A stretch of 64,000 bases of DNA from Balanoglossus misakiensis (Eukaryota; Animalia; Hemichordata), in contig CM082577.2 in the NCBI GenBank assembly GCA_040954595.2, forward strand, positions 16,747,903 to 16,811,902. Direction: 5' to 3'. The notes under the pieces were generated by a model. The model saw nothing but the letters and a program-made list of their open reading frames with translations, was not told where the DNA came from and did no database searches. The position numbers were made by a program, and so were the translations under genes. Position 1 is the first letter of the stretch; every line of letters begins with the position of its first letter. Below are positions 49,129-63,500 of this stretch, in pieces.

Positions 49129-49796
49129 GGGACCGTTCAGTTTTTATGGCCGGGGGTGGGCCGGCAAGTTTGTGTCATCGGTTTTCAAAATCAGGCCGAC
49201 CCCCCCCCCCCCCCCTTCACCCAGGACCAAAAAATGACGACCCTCCTCTTTGACAGGCCCAAAAATATGATAACCCCCCCCCCCACACACACACACCAAA
49301 AACATTCACCATCCTGATCCTATGTACACTGTATGCAATAAAGGGAATGAGGCTCCTAACACCTCAATTGTAAATTTCTGAAAGTAATTGAAGTATATAA
49401 TAGTATATCGTTGCAATAAAGAAATCTATGAATAAATTAAAATGACAAGTCAATACAATAGTTGCTAGAATTGGTAAAACAAGAAAAGTGGCGGGTGTGG
49501 GGGGGGGGTGTCTCCCTCTTCAAACTTGATAAACCAGCCAATAAATGAAATGTGGCAAACAATGGAGGGGGTGGGTGTGGGGTGTCCCCCTCCCACATTA
49601 GAAAATTGTGTAAAATAAAGGGCGTGAAACTGCAATTTTGTAGACTCAAAAGCAAAAGTTTGGTGACAAAAGTATGTGACCCCCCCTAAAAGTTTTTTTT
49701 AAAAAGATGACCCCCCCCCCCTTTTTGACTTCAAGTGACCCCGCCCCCCCCCCCTGGATTTTGCCGCCCCCCATCCGTAAAATACTGAACGGTCCC
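49129..49796. mobile_element. PIF/Harbinger-type MITE
   Basis: TAA TSD; TIR GGGACCGTTCAGT / ACTGAACGGTCCC; internal C/G tracts similar to 45206-45986. Confidence 0.85.
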
Positions 49797-51239
49797 TAAT
49801 ATACACGCCACATCATATGCATCACTACAATAAAACAGGTCATCCGCGAACGAGGCTGTAAGGCGTGGCTTCCTGACCAGTATGCAAAATCGATCAGATA
49901 CAAATGGCTTCTCGGTAATGAAGACACGTCGTGTACAGACCTCGTCGACTTTCCTGTTCTGTTTTTATATTTACTGTAAAGGATGGTTTTGGTGTGATAG
50001 TCATGACAGACACTATTCATTAGCGCTATGTCTTAATTCGCCTCATCATCGATGGAAGCAACGACATAATCCTCTCGCACGTGCTCGCTCGACTACATGC
50101 AGTCTCGTATTTTCCGGAGAGCAAGGTCGACCTTGCAACATGGCGGGCGAAGTTGTAGCAAAACTATTGGCATTTCTCCACTGTAGGACACGTGTACTCT
50201 GGGCACCGTACTCCTCACGGGATCTGATTCACTCAGATCAGTACACGTCCTCTGGTGTTAATGCCACATCAGTTTTGGAGCGCATAGCTGGGGTGAAATG
50301 ACAGTTTATTATCAGTCAGTACACAGCATGACATTTTCCTGGGCTGTGCATGAGTTCTTTTATAAGCTTTAGGCCGCCGCCAATCTCAGCGAAAGAGGCA
50401 CAATACAGAGCTAGGCTTCGGCATGGCATACTATTATTAGTTATAGTACAGTTGAGCATGATATTTTGTTAAATTAAGAGCTATATATCCACATGTAGAA
50501 TAACAAATGTTGTCTCTTATCAAATATAATTAATGGAAAAAAGGGCAGCGAGAGAGAGACTTTGTCCCACACAAGACACTGTTCATATTATTCTACATGT
50601 GGATATATAGTGAATTAATGTTCAACCACACAAGCTGGCTTGTAGACTCAAGAGTTAAAAACGCGCCAAAATGAATAATCGGTGTTTACCATTCATTTTA
50701 TTTTGGTAAGATTTTACTCTCAAATCCTACAAATGGGATGAAAGTTGTGTGTGGTCGAATGTTGATTCACTATACATCCACATGTAGAATAACATAAACA
50801 ATGTCTTGCATCAAACATAAATAATGGAAAAAAGGCAGCGTGAGAGAAACTTTGTCCCTTTAATGCCCCATGAACTGCAACTTGCTAAACAAATTTAAGC
50901 TTTACATAATGTCGGATATGCTCTTAATTCTGTTACCAGATCACTGCATTATTCATAACATCTGCATAATGACAGGTGATGACACTTAATAGCTTCATTG
51001 ACATGGATCAAGTTCAAGATGAAATAGATATTTAAAACTGAGTGCGAATTGGAGAGACTAGTTCAATTGTTCACCTAATTGCAGTTACAGTAATGAAACA
51101 TCTTGGGAATTCAGGGTTAATAACTAAATTAGTTATTTTTATTGCACAAAGAATTATATTGTATGGAATGGTAGTTGCAGTATTTAAACCCATTCTGATA
51201 AAATGTGAGTGGAACTGTGTCATTGTGGTATATTTATTA

Positions 51240-51650
51240 GGTCCCATTGGTATAGGCATATATACCATGGGACCTTATGGGATCTTTTGCGTCTGTATGT
51301 ATGTATGTATGTATGTATGGATGGATGGATGTATGTCTGTATGTCCGTCCACATCAATAACTTGAAAACCACTGCGCGTATCACCTCAATATTTGGTGTG
51401 TAGGTGCAGGCTGGGCTGTAGATGGGAGTTTGTCCAAACGAAGTTGCCAGGCCTAAAAATATGCTAATTAGCTGGAAAAATGTGAAATTTATCAAAACTC
51501 TGAACGTCAACAACTACTCGTCAGATTGCTTTAAAAATTGGTATGCATGTACCATATGTCAACCTCACATCGACCTGTAAGTGTTAAGTTAATATCATCG
51601 ATGTTTTATTTTTTATGAATTTTTTAGTCTTTTTATTAAATTTATATATA
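51240..51650 (+). mobile_element. Helentron/HINE (DINE-1-like) non-autonomous element, right end uncertain
   Basis: 5' hairpin GGTCCCATTGGTATA..TATACCATGGGACC, then TGTA/TGGA/GTCC microsatellite, then AATAACTTG...ATTTGGT core. Confidence 0.45.
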
Positions 51651-52413
51651 TATCATGTGTCATCAGATCTTCAAATGTGACGAAAACTGTGTGTTTTTAG
51701 TGTTTTCTAAAAATGACCTTTTTTGGGTTAAAAAGTGCCAAAATGGCAATTTTGTCTTGGGTGGGGTCAATAAGACTGACTTTTTGGGAATCAGCACCAT
51801 TTTTTACATAGAATGGACTTCACAAACCTTCCTTACCAATTTTTTTATTTAAACGCACCTATCTCCTAGGGTAATAACTTGTCATCATAGTCACTAATTG
51901 GTGAGGGTACTTGGAAGTATGACGTAATGATGACGTAATTGATTATTATATCAATTTTTTGCAATAATTAGATACTTTACTCAATCAGCTTTCTGTTGAT
52001 ACCAAACACATCACATTTTTCATCAGTTTTCATCAGTACAATTGCACAGAGACACATTTATAGGTGAACAGAACACCATTTTCGTAAGGGTATTTTGACT
52101 TATGACGTCACTATGATGTCATTATTTGTCATATCACTTTTATTTTGTAATTAATGGAAAGCTTATTAAGCTTTCTTTTGATACCAAATACATCCCTGTT
52201 GTTCGAGGTATACGTTCAGAGAGACAGCATTTTACAAGACTAATTTACCCCCCTACGTCAATTTATACGCACTTTTAGGCTTTCCTACATACGTTACCCA
52301 ATATAATTTAGAAGCCAATAACTCGAAAACGCCCCGGTGCCCAGATGGCAAACAAAGTGAATTTTACTCAGTATATGATAGGCTTTCAGAAAAACATTGT
52401 CTCGAAAATTCCC

Positions 52414-52446
<33 letters not shown>

Positions 52447-53356
52447 AGGTAAACCCCTACTGGCTCATGGTCTACTAGTTCTACATAGACATGCTTGATG
52501 CACTAATGCAAACGGCAGAAATAAAAAGGACTCGGACTAACAACGAGTAGAAATAGTGTCAAAACGCAGACACCTTGGTGGGGTGGATATGGACAAGACC
52601 AAAACACGATGTATGTTTAAACTTACAAAAATCATACGATCCGGTCTTCCTTTGTTGGTGCATAGATTATCACCGCCGCATGTCGATTTTCCCTCAATGA
52701 CTTCTGTTCTGCGTCCAGACTATCAAGTTTTTGTGACAACTCTTCTTTCGCTTTGTCTGGTGTTGAAACAAACTTATGCACACGGTTGACGGCGTTCTGT
52801 GACTGCCAGCGGTGCTGGTGTTTCTATGTACCGGAGGTGGACGTCGTAAAACGTCGTAAAACAACCAGCGTTTTGCGACATAAAGTGGCCGCAGAAGTGC
52901 TACCCAGATCTTTCATCAAACTTTTGAAAGCATTTGCTTTTAAAAACGGGTGGTCCAAATAATCCTAATAATTAGCATGAATATACGTACATATACATGG
53001 ATGTATACTGTAGGCACACTATTCGGTAGAAAATAACTACAATTATTATACATCTAGTGCCGAGAACAATAGATTTTGGCGTGCAATAAAAAGCCGTACG
53101 GAACGGTACGTACGGAACGCGCGTTAAATAAGTTTTAGGTTTCAAGGCGCCCCAACTCACCGTGTACAGGTATGCGTTGTTATGCGGACGGTTTCAAGGT
53201 GCCCCCACTCCAACGCACGCGCACGTACGTAAACAAAAGAGAAAGATGGCTGCTCACTGAGCGGTTTTCGATCGATTGTATCGGCATTTTGGGCGTTTTG
53301 AAAGCCAAGTAACATGCAAAACAAGAACTATCGGAGATGTAAGATGTATAATAATA

Positions 53357-53485
53357 AGGTTATTACGAAAATACCACAAAGTATGCACTCGGACATTAGC
53401 GCAGCGCATCGCCCTCCGCTACGCGTCGGGCGATACTCAGCGCTAATGTCCTCGTGCATACTTTGCGGTATTTTCGTAATAACCT
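53357..53485. repeat. ~130-bp near-perfect palindrome
   Basis: AGGTTATTACGAAAATACC..AAAGTATGCAC arms around CGCCCTCCGCTACGCGTCGGGCG. Confidence 0.8.
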
Positions 53486-54229
53486 CATAATACGTAGATC
53501 TGCGGAACGTATATGTAAGAGAACGTGTACATGATGTATACTTCACGTATTTGTACACATATCTGGCAGCTTGCATTTGTTACGTAAATGCACGTATATG
53601 AAACGTATATGTCAAATGTACAAACTTAGTAGTTTTACGTATATTGTCGTATATCAATCATTTTGCCCAGTGTATGTTTTTTTAATGTGTTGCTTCTATA
53701 TATGTGTGTGTGTGTGTGTGTAATGCAATGTTATAAACGTTGGTTTTCTAGGGTTTAGATGTAAGGTCAAGAACAGATTTACTGCACAGCATAAAATACT
53801 AAAAAATTGCCAACGTTAAAAATATGTAAATATAACTAATTGTAAACTAACAGTAGAATAAAATACATTACTTTTAGATATTTTCTGTTTTTTACGTGGC
53901 TCATTACAGAATATTTTAGTCAACAAACAGCAACAGTTAATATTATTAGTTAAAATCCTGAAAAACTGACATAAAACACTATATCAACTTTATGTTACCC
54001 AAATCAATCTTTTGACACTCATATAAATTTAAAAAACAATATTTGATAGGACTATCCCAAAAGTTTTATATCTGGAATATCAATTAAATTTTATTTACTT
54101 ATCACTATGTAAAACAGCCTTATACATTTTATTTAACAGATTTCAGTTCATCTTAAACATTAAAATTGGGCAGTACAACTCTTAGCATTGGCATGAATTA
54201 AAGATCCATTGAATTATTTGTAATAAACA

Positions 54230-55897
54230 GATTTGAAAAGATTTGAAAAACTACTTGTTGGCAAATATATCAAGTAGTCTGTCCATTCGTTACATTTTTT
54301 CATCATGCATTCTTTTTGATTCTCGCTCTCTTTCTCTTTTGCCTTTTGTTGCTGTTCTTGATAAGTACCAAGGCATGTCATGAGTTGGGAAACATTGGAT
54401 CTTTTACTTCTCCCTAATGGAGTGGCATCAGATTTAGCTCTTTTGGGGGGCTGTACGATGGGTTCCTGTGTATCATCAGAGGATGACTCTAAAATAAAAT
54501 GTGGTCATGTGCTAACACTATTTCTGTAGAGATTATTGAACTCATCATAAAACAAACAAGTTTTTGCTGAGTTGCCAGTTTTTGAATTGTGGTCCACCTT
54601 TGCTTTATATTCGCACTTCAGGGATTTCCACTTGTTAGAACATTGTTCTTGAGTGAAATGGAATCCCTTTTGGCCCAGATGGTTTTATGAGCCTATAGAT
54701 AAAAAAGAGAGTCTATTGTGCAAATAAAACCTACATTTTTGTCTTGTTCAATTACTTTTCTTGTTGCACACACACCTCTCTTTAACAGATTTTAATTATT
54801 AATGCTATTACCATTGAATTCGTGATCTCTGGCCATTCACATGTTGACCAGCAGTTGTGAAGCTGGTTTTGGCCATTTAGTAGGTGAAACATCATCCTTA
54901 TCTGGGGCTCTACTCTGGCTGGGTGCTGACGGCAATTTTGTCTGAACTGTAGTGCTGGTACCAGTTTCACTTGCAACAGAGTTGGTGTCAGATTGTGCTT
55001 TGAGTTGTGATTTTTTATTAGATCTTCAGCAAAGCGAGGATCTGAAATGAAAAGCTCCATTAAATTCAAAATAGGTTACTTTATTATTTGAAAATAAAAG
55101 GTCAACAAAACCTGGAGGGAATGTTTAATTTCGTCCTGCGTGGCTAAATAGAAATGACATAATCCTTCAAACAAAACTAACATAATTTCCTGCACTCCAA
55201 CACCCCCCCCCCCACCCCCCGGCCAAAAAAACAAACACACACAACAAAACAAGGGTTTTATTTTGCAATAAAAGATTAGAAGTTTAGTGTGTATTACCAT
55301 GGTTATCGAATTAGCCCCCTGCCCCCCCCCCCCCCCCAAAAAAAAGAAAGAAAAAAGATGAGCAATAAACAAAATCCAAACTCAGTAGAAAAGGACAGTT
55401 GGTTAACATTATTTCTGACCGTGACGTATTTATTGTTTTTAGTGTATAATTTTCAGTGCAGGATGTGAATTTTGTCCGATAGCGACGCCATCCGTGCCAG
55501 AGCGTTGTCTGCTTTTGTTTGTTTTTATATTTACAAAGACCTACGTTTTATTTCACTAAATTGTAAATGTGTGGTGTCAATCCAAAACAACTGACTTTGC
55601 GGTGATATACCGGTATTTTATGCAAAAGGCCTACCTGTATCAATTTTGTCAGCAGTTTCTTTGCCTGACAAAAAAGTGTATAAGTTTCCTTGGTAGCGAT
55701 ATTTTGTTTCTAATTCAGCCGCAGAGGGCATTGACCTGTCAAGACAACAAATCGCAAAGTAGGTCAACATTGACAGTTGAAAGGTGAAAGATAATGTAAT
55801 TGAAAAATTTGGTTTGAAATGAAATTCGAATTATTTTAAGCTATTTTTTTGCAAACTGCACTTACGTTATGATTTTCGCGCTGCTGGTTTCCGCCAT
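54230..55897 (-). pseudogene. Myb/SANT-like (trihelix) protein relic, probably a Harbinger accessory gene
   Basis: FTQEQCSNKWKSLKCEYKAKVDHNSKTGNSAKTCLFYDEF at ~54530-54680. Candidate first exon ATGGCGGAAACC...AC|GTAAG at 55897-55866. Confidence 0.6.
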
Positions 55898-56138
55898 TTT
55901 GTTCTCGTCTGCTCCCGTACAGGACTAGGGTCGTGTTCTTGTTCTAGGAACAGCGGTCGGCTACTTACGGAAACGCGCCGAACATACACGAGCCCATTCG
56001 GCAATTCCGGTTGTTCTCGGGTCAAGAACAGTGCACCCAAACGCACCCATGGTGTAAATATGAAATGCCGCTAAGTCCCTGTATTATTCCTATAGCATAA
56101 AGTCCTGTATGTTTCTTACATGTTTTGTGGATAGATAG

Positions 56139-57176
56139 TCAGGGATGACAAAACCCGCTAGATAGCTCTAGAGATTCACTTACCCTGGAGAGTGTCAACT
56201 TATTGACGAAAACTCTTGTTTTTTTTGGAGGTGGTTTGGTTTCACCACCACTACCGCTACTGAATGCTGAGCCCACCATGTGGCTGCTTGTGTCATCTTG
56301 GGATTCGCCGCTGCAGTCACGGCATCGCCGTCCCACAAACACTGACGGTCAAGAGCAGACTTTCATCATAGCAGTACCTGCACTACATCTGATGGAGGGA
56401 ACAGCATCTTTTCTAAGGTGCAGACGACTTTTATACCCCGCAGTCCACCTGAGGGAAAAAATGCAGAAAGCTATCAGGCAGGGCTATCACCCCAATTTAT
56501 AATCTAGAGATATAGGCCTTTCCAAAAAACCACATGAGGCTTTGTCCATCTTTCTGATACCAATTCATGAAAAATCGGGTCCTGGCCCATGGACTAAGGG
56601 AACAGCATCTTTTCTCAGGTGCAGATGACTTTTATACCCTGCAGTCCAGCTGTAATATCCCTCAAAGTCGTCCGGCACAACGAAATGGGCCCCGCAAATA
56701 ACACTGGCTTCGCTGGCATGATGCCAGTCTCTCCGTGTTAATCGAACAAAACGCTCCCATTTTGCACGTAGAACCTTGTCTTTTGGGAAAAGATGCTCGG
56801 AAAACCCATTACAGTTTGTATTGCTGCGACCTCCAACCACACACTTGTGGAAATTTGCGCTATATTAAAAGTGGCCGACTGCCTCTCCGTAGTACACGAT
56901 TCGCGCTGAACCCTGATGAGATCTACGTACGTAGGTCTCACCTAGTACCTGCTGAACGGTTCCGGTACCCCTTATGACGTCATGTTACATGACAAAAACG
57001 CGGCAATTATGAACTCAGGTTATTCAGTTTGGGGTGGATTTTGAAGCATTTTATGAAGAAAAAATAAATATTGTAGAAATCAATACACAAAAATATTGTT
57101 ATTTTTGGAAAATATTATAGTTATATTGAATATTTTGTTAACTTCTGATAAAATTTAAAAAGGCATGATATTCTCT
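56139..57176 (-). pseudogene. THAP-domain relic at the 5' end of a Kolobok-like element
   Basis: CVVGGRSN..HLFPKD..W..FV..ICGAHF..DF..LRKDAVP (second Cys lost). Minus-strand terminus TTAA|AGAGAATATC at 57176. Partial duplication of the DAVP segment at 56397-56447. Confidence 0.7.
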
Positions 57177-57507
57177 TTAATTAAGGCAATATGTTATCCA
57201 TAAGAACATACCCCCAAAGTGTAAAAATACTGAAGGCTCCCTAGGATGGAAACTGAAAGTGAATTTTTTTAAATCAAAAGTCCTGGTTTTTAGAAAAGCT
57301 GTCAGGCTTTTAAGCCAAATAGTGATAAATGGTTCCTCAATGACCAAAAAATGACTGTAAATCCAGCTTATAGCTACCTTGGTGTTATATTGTTTTCCAG
57401 CTCTGGCCTGTAACACAATATAAACAGCTGGCAATCAAGGTATTAAAGCACTTTTTTCTATGATTTATAAAGAGTTTGTTTTACCGTACTTGCCCGGGTA
57501 AGAGCCC

Positions 57508-60500
57508 CGTTTACCACATATTTTGCACTCATATGGTCTTTCGTGGGTATGGACTCTCAAGTGTGCTGTTAAGTTCCCATTTAGGAGGTATGTAAGAGTA
57601 CTTCGAAGTGCATACTCCGAGTTCAAAGACCGAGTCGGACTTCAAAGTCCGAGTACTCGGACTTGTACACTCCGAGTAGTGGCTGTACTCGGACTTGTAT
57701 ACACCGAGTTGCACTCCGTGCTCGGACTTGCGTACTCCGAGTTACAGTTGAATAAAAGCCAGCTTTTAAAAGCACAAATAAATTAATATTCGATATTGCG
57801 ATAAAAATGTGGGAATACTTTATACTGAGCTTCCAGTCAAATCGATCGGGGGGATTTGAAAGTATCGCAACATTCAACTTTCTTTCAATCTCTCGACATG
57901 CTGTATTGTATCATGTACAAAATGCACGCTCCGCGTTATTTCCGTTTGGTTAAATACTGACCTTTCCTATCTACTAGATCATATCCAAGTCTGATTTTAC
58001 ACTGAATTTTATAAGGAGCTCATTGGTTTGTCAATTTTAGTAGCTAAGTGAAAAGTACGCTAACGAACACGAAATGCGCATACTGCGATGCGACAATCGC
58101 CATTTTTGAATGACCTGACCTTTGACGTCATCGGTTGAAATATGGTCGAGGTCGCACTGCGCTCATCCGATGATCGCGCGATGAATCTGACTACTCGCTT
58201 CCGCATTGTTCCGTGATCGGTATACTTGCCCTTCGTTTTTATGTCTAAATAAACGTAATATTTTTTTATTTTGAAAAACGGTTGTATGAGTGCAGTTACG
58301 GGCTACTCTTTAGTGAACGCCAGGGAGTGACTGTGTGAACGAGTGGTCACTCCGTGACCGCATGGATCTAGCCCTGTGAATGTTTTTATGGATGTAAAGC
58401 CCATGCCTATTCAAAACTAGTAAGCAATAAATGACTTCTTGAGTAACGAAAACAGGATTTTTGACGTCCGTTGTCTTTCATAGGCAGTGTGTAACTCGGA
58501 GTACGCAAGTCCGAGCACCGAGTGCAACTCGGTGTATACAAGTCCGAGTACAGCCACTACTCGGAGTGTACAAGTCCGAGTACTCGGACTTTGAAGTCCG
58601 ACTCGGTCTTTGAACTCGGAGTATGCACTTCGAAGTACTCCTACATACCTGCATTTAGGGTGAAACGTTTACTACACATTTTGCATTCAAAAGGTTTTTC
58701 ATTGGTATGGACTCTCAAGTGTGCTGTTAAGTTCCCATTTCGGGTGAAACGTTTACCACATATTTTGCACTCATATAGTCTTTCATTGGTATGGACTCTC
58801 ATGTGTGCTGTTAAGTTCCCATTTCGGGTGAAACGTTTACCACATATTTTGCACTCATATAGTCTTTCATTGGTATGGACTCTCATGTGTGCTGTTAAGT
58901 TCCCATTTCGGGTGAAACGTTTACCACATATTTTGCACTCATATAGTCTTTCATTTGTATGGACTCTCATGTGTGCTGTTAAGTTCCCATTTCGGGTGAA
59001 ACGTTTACCACATATTTTGCACTCATATAGTCTTTCATTGGTATGGACTCTCAAGTGTGCTTTTAAGTTCCCATTTCGGGTGAAACGTTTACCACATATT
59101 TTGCACTCATATAGTCTTTCATTGGTATGGACTCTCAAGTGTGCTGTTAAGTTCCCATTTCGGGTGAAACGTTTACCACATATTTTGCACTCATATAGTC
59201 TTTCATTGGTATGGACTCTCATGTGTGCTGTTAAGTTCCCATTTCGGGTGAAACGTTTACCACATATTTTGCACTCATATAGTCTTTCATTGGTATGGAC
59301 TCTCAAGTGTGCTTTTAAGTTCCCATTTCGGGTGAAACGTTTACCACATATTTTGCACTCATATAGTCTTTCATTGGTATGGACTCTCATGTGTGCTGTT
59401 AAGTTCCCATTTCGGGTGAAAGGTTTACCACATATTTTGCACTCATATAGTCTTTCATTGGTATGGACTCTCAAGTGTGCTTTTAAGTTCCCATTTCGGG
59501 TGAAACGTTTACCACATATTTTGCACTCATATAGTCTTTCATTGGTATGGACTCTCAAGTGTGCTTTTAAGTTCCCATTTCGGGTGAAACGTTTACCACA
59601 TATTTTGCACTCATATAGTCTTTCATTGGTATGGACTCTCATGTGTGCTGTTAAGTTCCCATTTCGGGTGAAACGTTTACCACATATTTTGCACTCATAT
59701 AGTCTTTCGTGGGTATGGACTCTCATGTGTGCTGTTAAGTTCCCATTTCGGGTGAAACGTTTACCACATATTTTGCACTCATATAGTCTTTCATTGGTAT
59801 GGACTCTCAAGTGTGCTGTTTAGTTCCCATTTCGGGTGAAACGTTTACCACATATTTTGCACTCATATAGTCTTTCATTGGTATGGACTCTCAAGTGTGC
59901 TGTTAAGTTCCCATTTCGGGTGAAACGTTTACCACATATTTTGCACTCATATAGTCTTTCATTGGTATGGACTCTCATGTGTGCTGTTAAGTTCCCATTT
60001 CGGGTGAAACGTTTACCACATATTTTGCACTCATATAGTCTTTCGTGGGTATGGACTCTCATGTGTGCTGTTAAGTTCCCATTTCGGGTGAAACGTTTAC
60101 CACATATTTTGCACTCATATAGTCTTTCATTGGTATGGACTCTCATGTGTGCTGTTAAGTTCCCATTTCGGGTGAAACGTTTACCACATATTTTGCACTC
60201 ATATAGTCTTTCGTGGGTATGGACTCTCATGTGTGCTGTTAAGTTCCCATTTCGGGTGAAACGTTTACCACATATTTTGCACTCATATAGTCTTTCGTGG
60301 GTATGGACTCTCATGTGTGCTGTTAAGTTCCCATTTCGGGTGAAACGTTTACCACATATTTTGCACTCATATAGTCTTTCGTGGGTATGGACTCTCATGT
60401 GTGCTGTTAAGTTCCCATTTCGGGTGAAATGTTTACCACATATTTTGCACTCATATAGTCTTTCATTGGTATGGACTCTCAAGTGTGCTGTTTAGTTCCC

Positions 60501-63500
60501 ATTTCGGGTGAAACGTTTACCACATATTTTGCACTCATATAGTCTTTCATTGGTATGGACTCTCAAGTGTGCTGTTAAGTTCCCATTTCGGGTGAAACGT
60601 TTACCACATATTTTGCACTCATATAGTCTTTCATTGGTATGGACTCTCATGTGTGCTGTTAAGTTCCCATTTCGGGTGAAACGTTTACCACATATTTTGC
60701 ACTCATATAGTCTTTCGTGGGTATGGACTCTCATGTGTGCTGTTAAGTTCCCATTTCGGGTGAAATGTTTACCACATATTTTGCACTCATATAGTCTTTC
60801 ATTGGTATGGACTCTCAAGTGTGCTGTTAAGTTCCCATTTCGGGTGAAACGTTTACCACATATTTTGCACTCATATAGTCTTTCATTGGTATGGACTCTC
60901 AAATGTGCTTTTAAGTTCCCATTTCGGGTGAAACGTTTACCACATATTTTGCACTCATATAGTCTTTCATTGGTATGGACTCTCATGTGTGCTGTTAAGT
61001 TCCCATTTCTGGTGAATTGTTTACCACATATTTTGCACTCATATAGTCTTTCGTGGGTATGGACTCTCTAGTGTGCTGTTAAGTTCCCATTTCGGGTGAA
61101 ACGTTTACCACATATTTTGCACTCATATAGTCTTTCATTGGTATGGACTCTCATGTGTGCTGTTGAGTTCCCATTTAGGGTGAAACGTTTACCACATATT
61201 TTGCACTCATATAGTCTTTCGTGGGTATGGACTCTCAAGTGTGCTGTTAAGTTCCCATTTCGGGTGAAACGTTTACCACATATTTTGCACTCATATAGTC
61301 TTTCATTGGTATGGACTCTCATGTGTGCTGTTAAGTTCCCATTTAGGGTGAAACGTTTACCACATATTTTGCACTCATATAGTCTTTCGTGGGTATGGAC
61401 TCTCAAGTGTGCTGTTAAGTTCCCATTTAGGGTGAAACGTTTACCACATATTTTGCACTCATATAGTCTTTCGTGGGTATGGACTCTCAAGTGTGCTTTT
61501 AAGTTCCCATTTCGGGTGAAACGTTTACCACATATTTTGCACTCATATAGTCTTTCATTGGTATGGACTCTCATGTGTGCTGTTAAGTTCCCATTTCTAG
61601 TGAATTGTTTACCACATATTTTGCACTCATATAGTCTTTCGTGGGTATGGACTCTCAAGTGTGCTGTTAAGTTCCCATTTCGGGTGAAACGTTTACCACA
61701 TATTTTGCACTCATATAGTCTTTCATTGGTATGGACTCTCATGTGTGCTGTTAAGTTCCCATTTAGGGTGAAACGTTTACCACATATTTTGCACTCATAT
61801 AGTCTTTCGTGGGTATGGACTCTCAAATGTGCTGTTAAGTTCCCATTTAGGGTGAAACGTTTACCACATATTTTGCACTCATATAGTCTTTCGTGGGTAT
61901 GGACTCTCAAGTGTGCTTTTAAGTTCCCATTTCGGGTGAAACGTTTACCACATATTTTGCACTCATATAGTCTTTCATTGGTATGGACTCTCATGTGTGC
62001 TGTTAAGTTCCCATTTAGGGTGAAACGTTTACCACATATTTTGCACTCATGTAGTCTTTCATTGGTATGGACTCTCATGTGTGCTGTTAAGTTCCCATTT
62101 AGGGTGAAACGTTTACCACATATTTTGCACTCATATAGTCTTTCATTGGTATGGACTCTCAAATGTGCTTTTAAGTTCCCATTTCGGGTGAAACGTTTAC
62201 CACATATTTTGCACTCATATAGTCTTTCATTGGTATGGACTCTCATGTGTGCTGTTAAGTTCCCATTTCTGGTGAATTGTTTACCACATATTTTGCACTC
62301 ATATAGTCTTTCGTGGGTATGGACTCTCAAGTGTGCTGTTAAGTTCCCATTTCGGGTGAAACGTTTACCACATATTTTGCACTCATATAGTCTTCATTGG
62401 TATGGACTCTCATGTGTGCTGTTAAGTTCCCATTTAGGGTGAAACGTTTACCACATATTTTGCACTCATATAGTCTTTCATTGGTATGGACTCTCATGTG
62501 TGCTGTTAAGTTCCCACTTAGGGTGAAACGTTTACCACATATTTTGCACTCATATAGTCTTTCGTGGGTATGGACTCTCAAGTGTGCTGTTAAGTTCCCA
62601 TTTCGGGTGAAACGTTTACCACATATTTTGCACTCATATAGTCTTTCATTGGTATGGACTCTCATGTGTGCTGTTAAGTTCCCATTTAGGGTGAAACGTT
62701 TACCACATATTTTGCACTCATGTAGTCTTTCATTGGTATGGACTCTCATGTGTGCTGTTAAGTTCCCATTTAGGGTGAAACGTTTACCACATATTTTGCA
62801 CTCATATAGTCTTTCGTGGGTATGGACTCTCAAGTGTGCTGTTAAGTTCCCATTTCGGGTGAAACGTTTACCACATATTTTGCACTCATATAGTCTTTCG
62901 TGGGTATGGACTATCCAGCGTGCTATTAAGTTCCCATTTAGGGTGAAATGTCTACCACATATTTTGCACTCATATGGTCTTTCGTGGGTATGGACTCTCA
63001 AGTGTGCTGTTAAGTTCCCATTTCGGGTGAAACGTTTACCACATATTTTGCACTCATATAGTCTTTCATGGGTATGGACTCTCAAGTGTGCTTTTAAGTT
63101 CCCATTCTCGCCAAAACATTTACCACATATTTTGCACTCATATAATCTTTCGTGGGTATGGACTCTCAAGTGTGCTGTTAAGTTCCCATTTAGGGTGAAA
63201 CGTTTACCACACATTTTGCATTCAAAAGGTTTTTCATTGGTATGGACTCTCAAGTGTGCTGTTAAGTTTCCATTTCAGGTGAAACGTTTACCACATATTT
63301 TGCACTCATATAGTCTTTCGTGGGTATGGACTCTCAAGTGTGCTGTTAAGTTCCCATTTAGGGTGAAACGTTTACCACATATTTTGCACTCATATAGTCT
63401 TTCATTGGTATGGACTCTCATGTGTGCTGTTAAGTTCCCATTTAGCTATAGGGTGAAACGTTTACCACATATTTTGCACTCATATAGTCTTTCATTGGTA

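Noticed and set aside
52415-52445. Poly-G tract as a functional G-quadruplex
   Set aside because: Homopolymer inside a probable MITE end; its length is unreliable and similar G/C tracts occur in neighbouring MITEs.
58522-62442. Long + strand ORFs (VKRLPHILHSYSLSLVWTL repeats)
   Set aside because: Antisense shadow of the zinc-finger repeat; the unit simply lacks stops in that frame.
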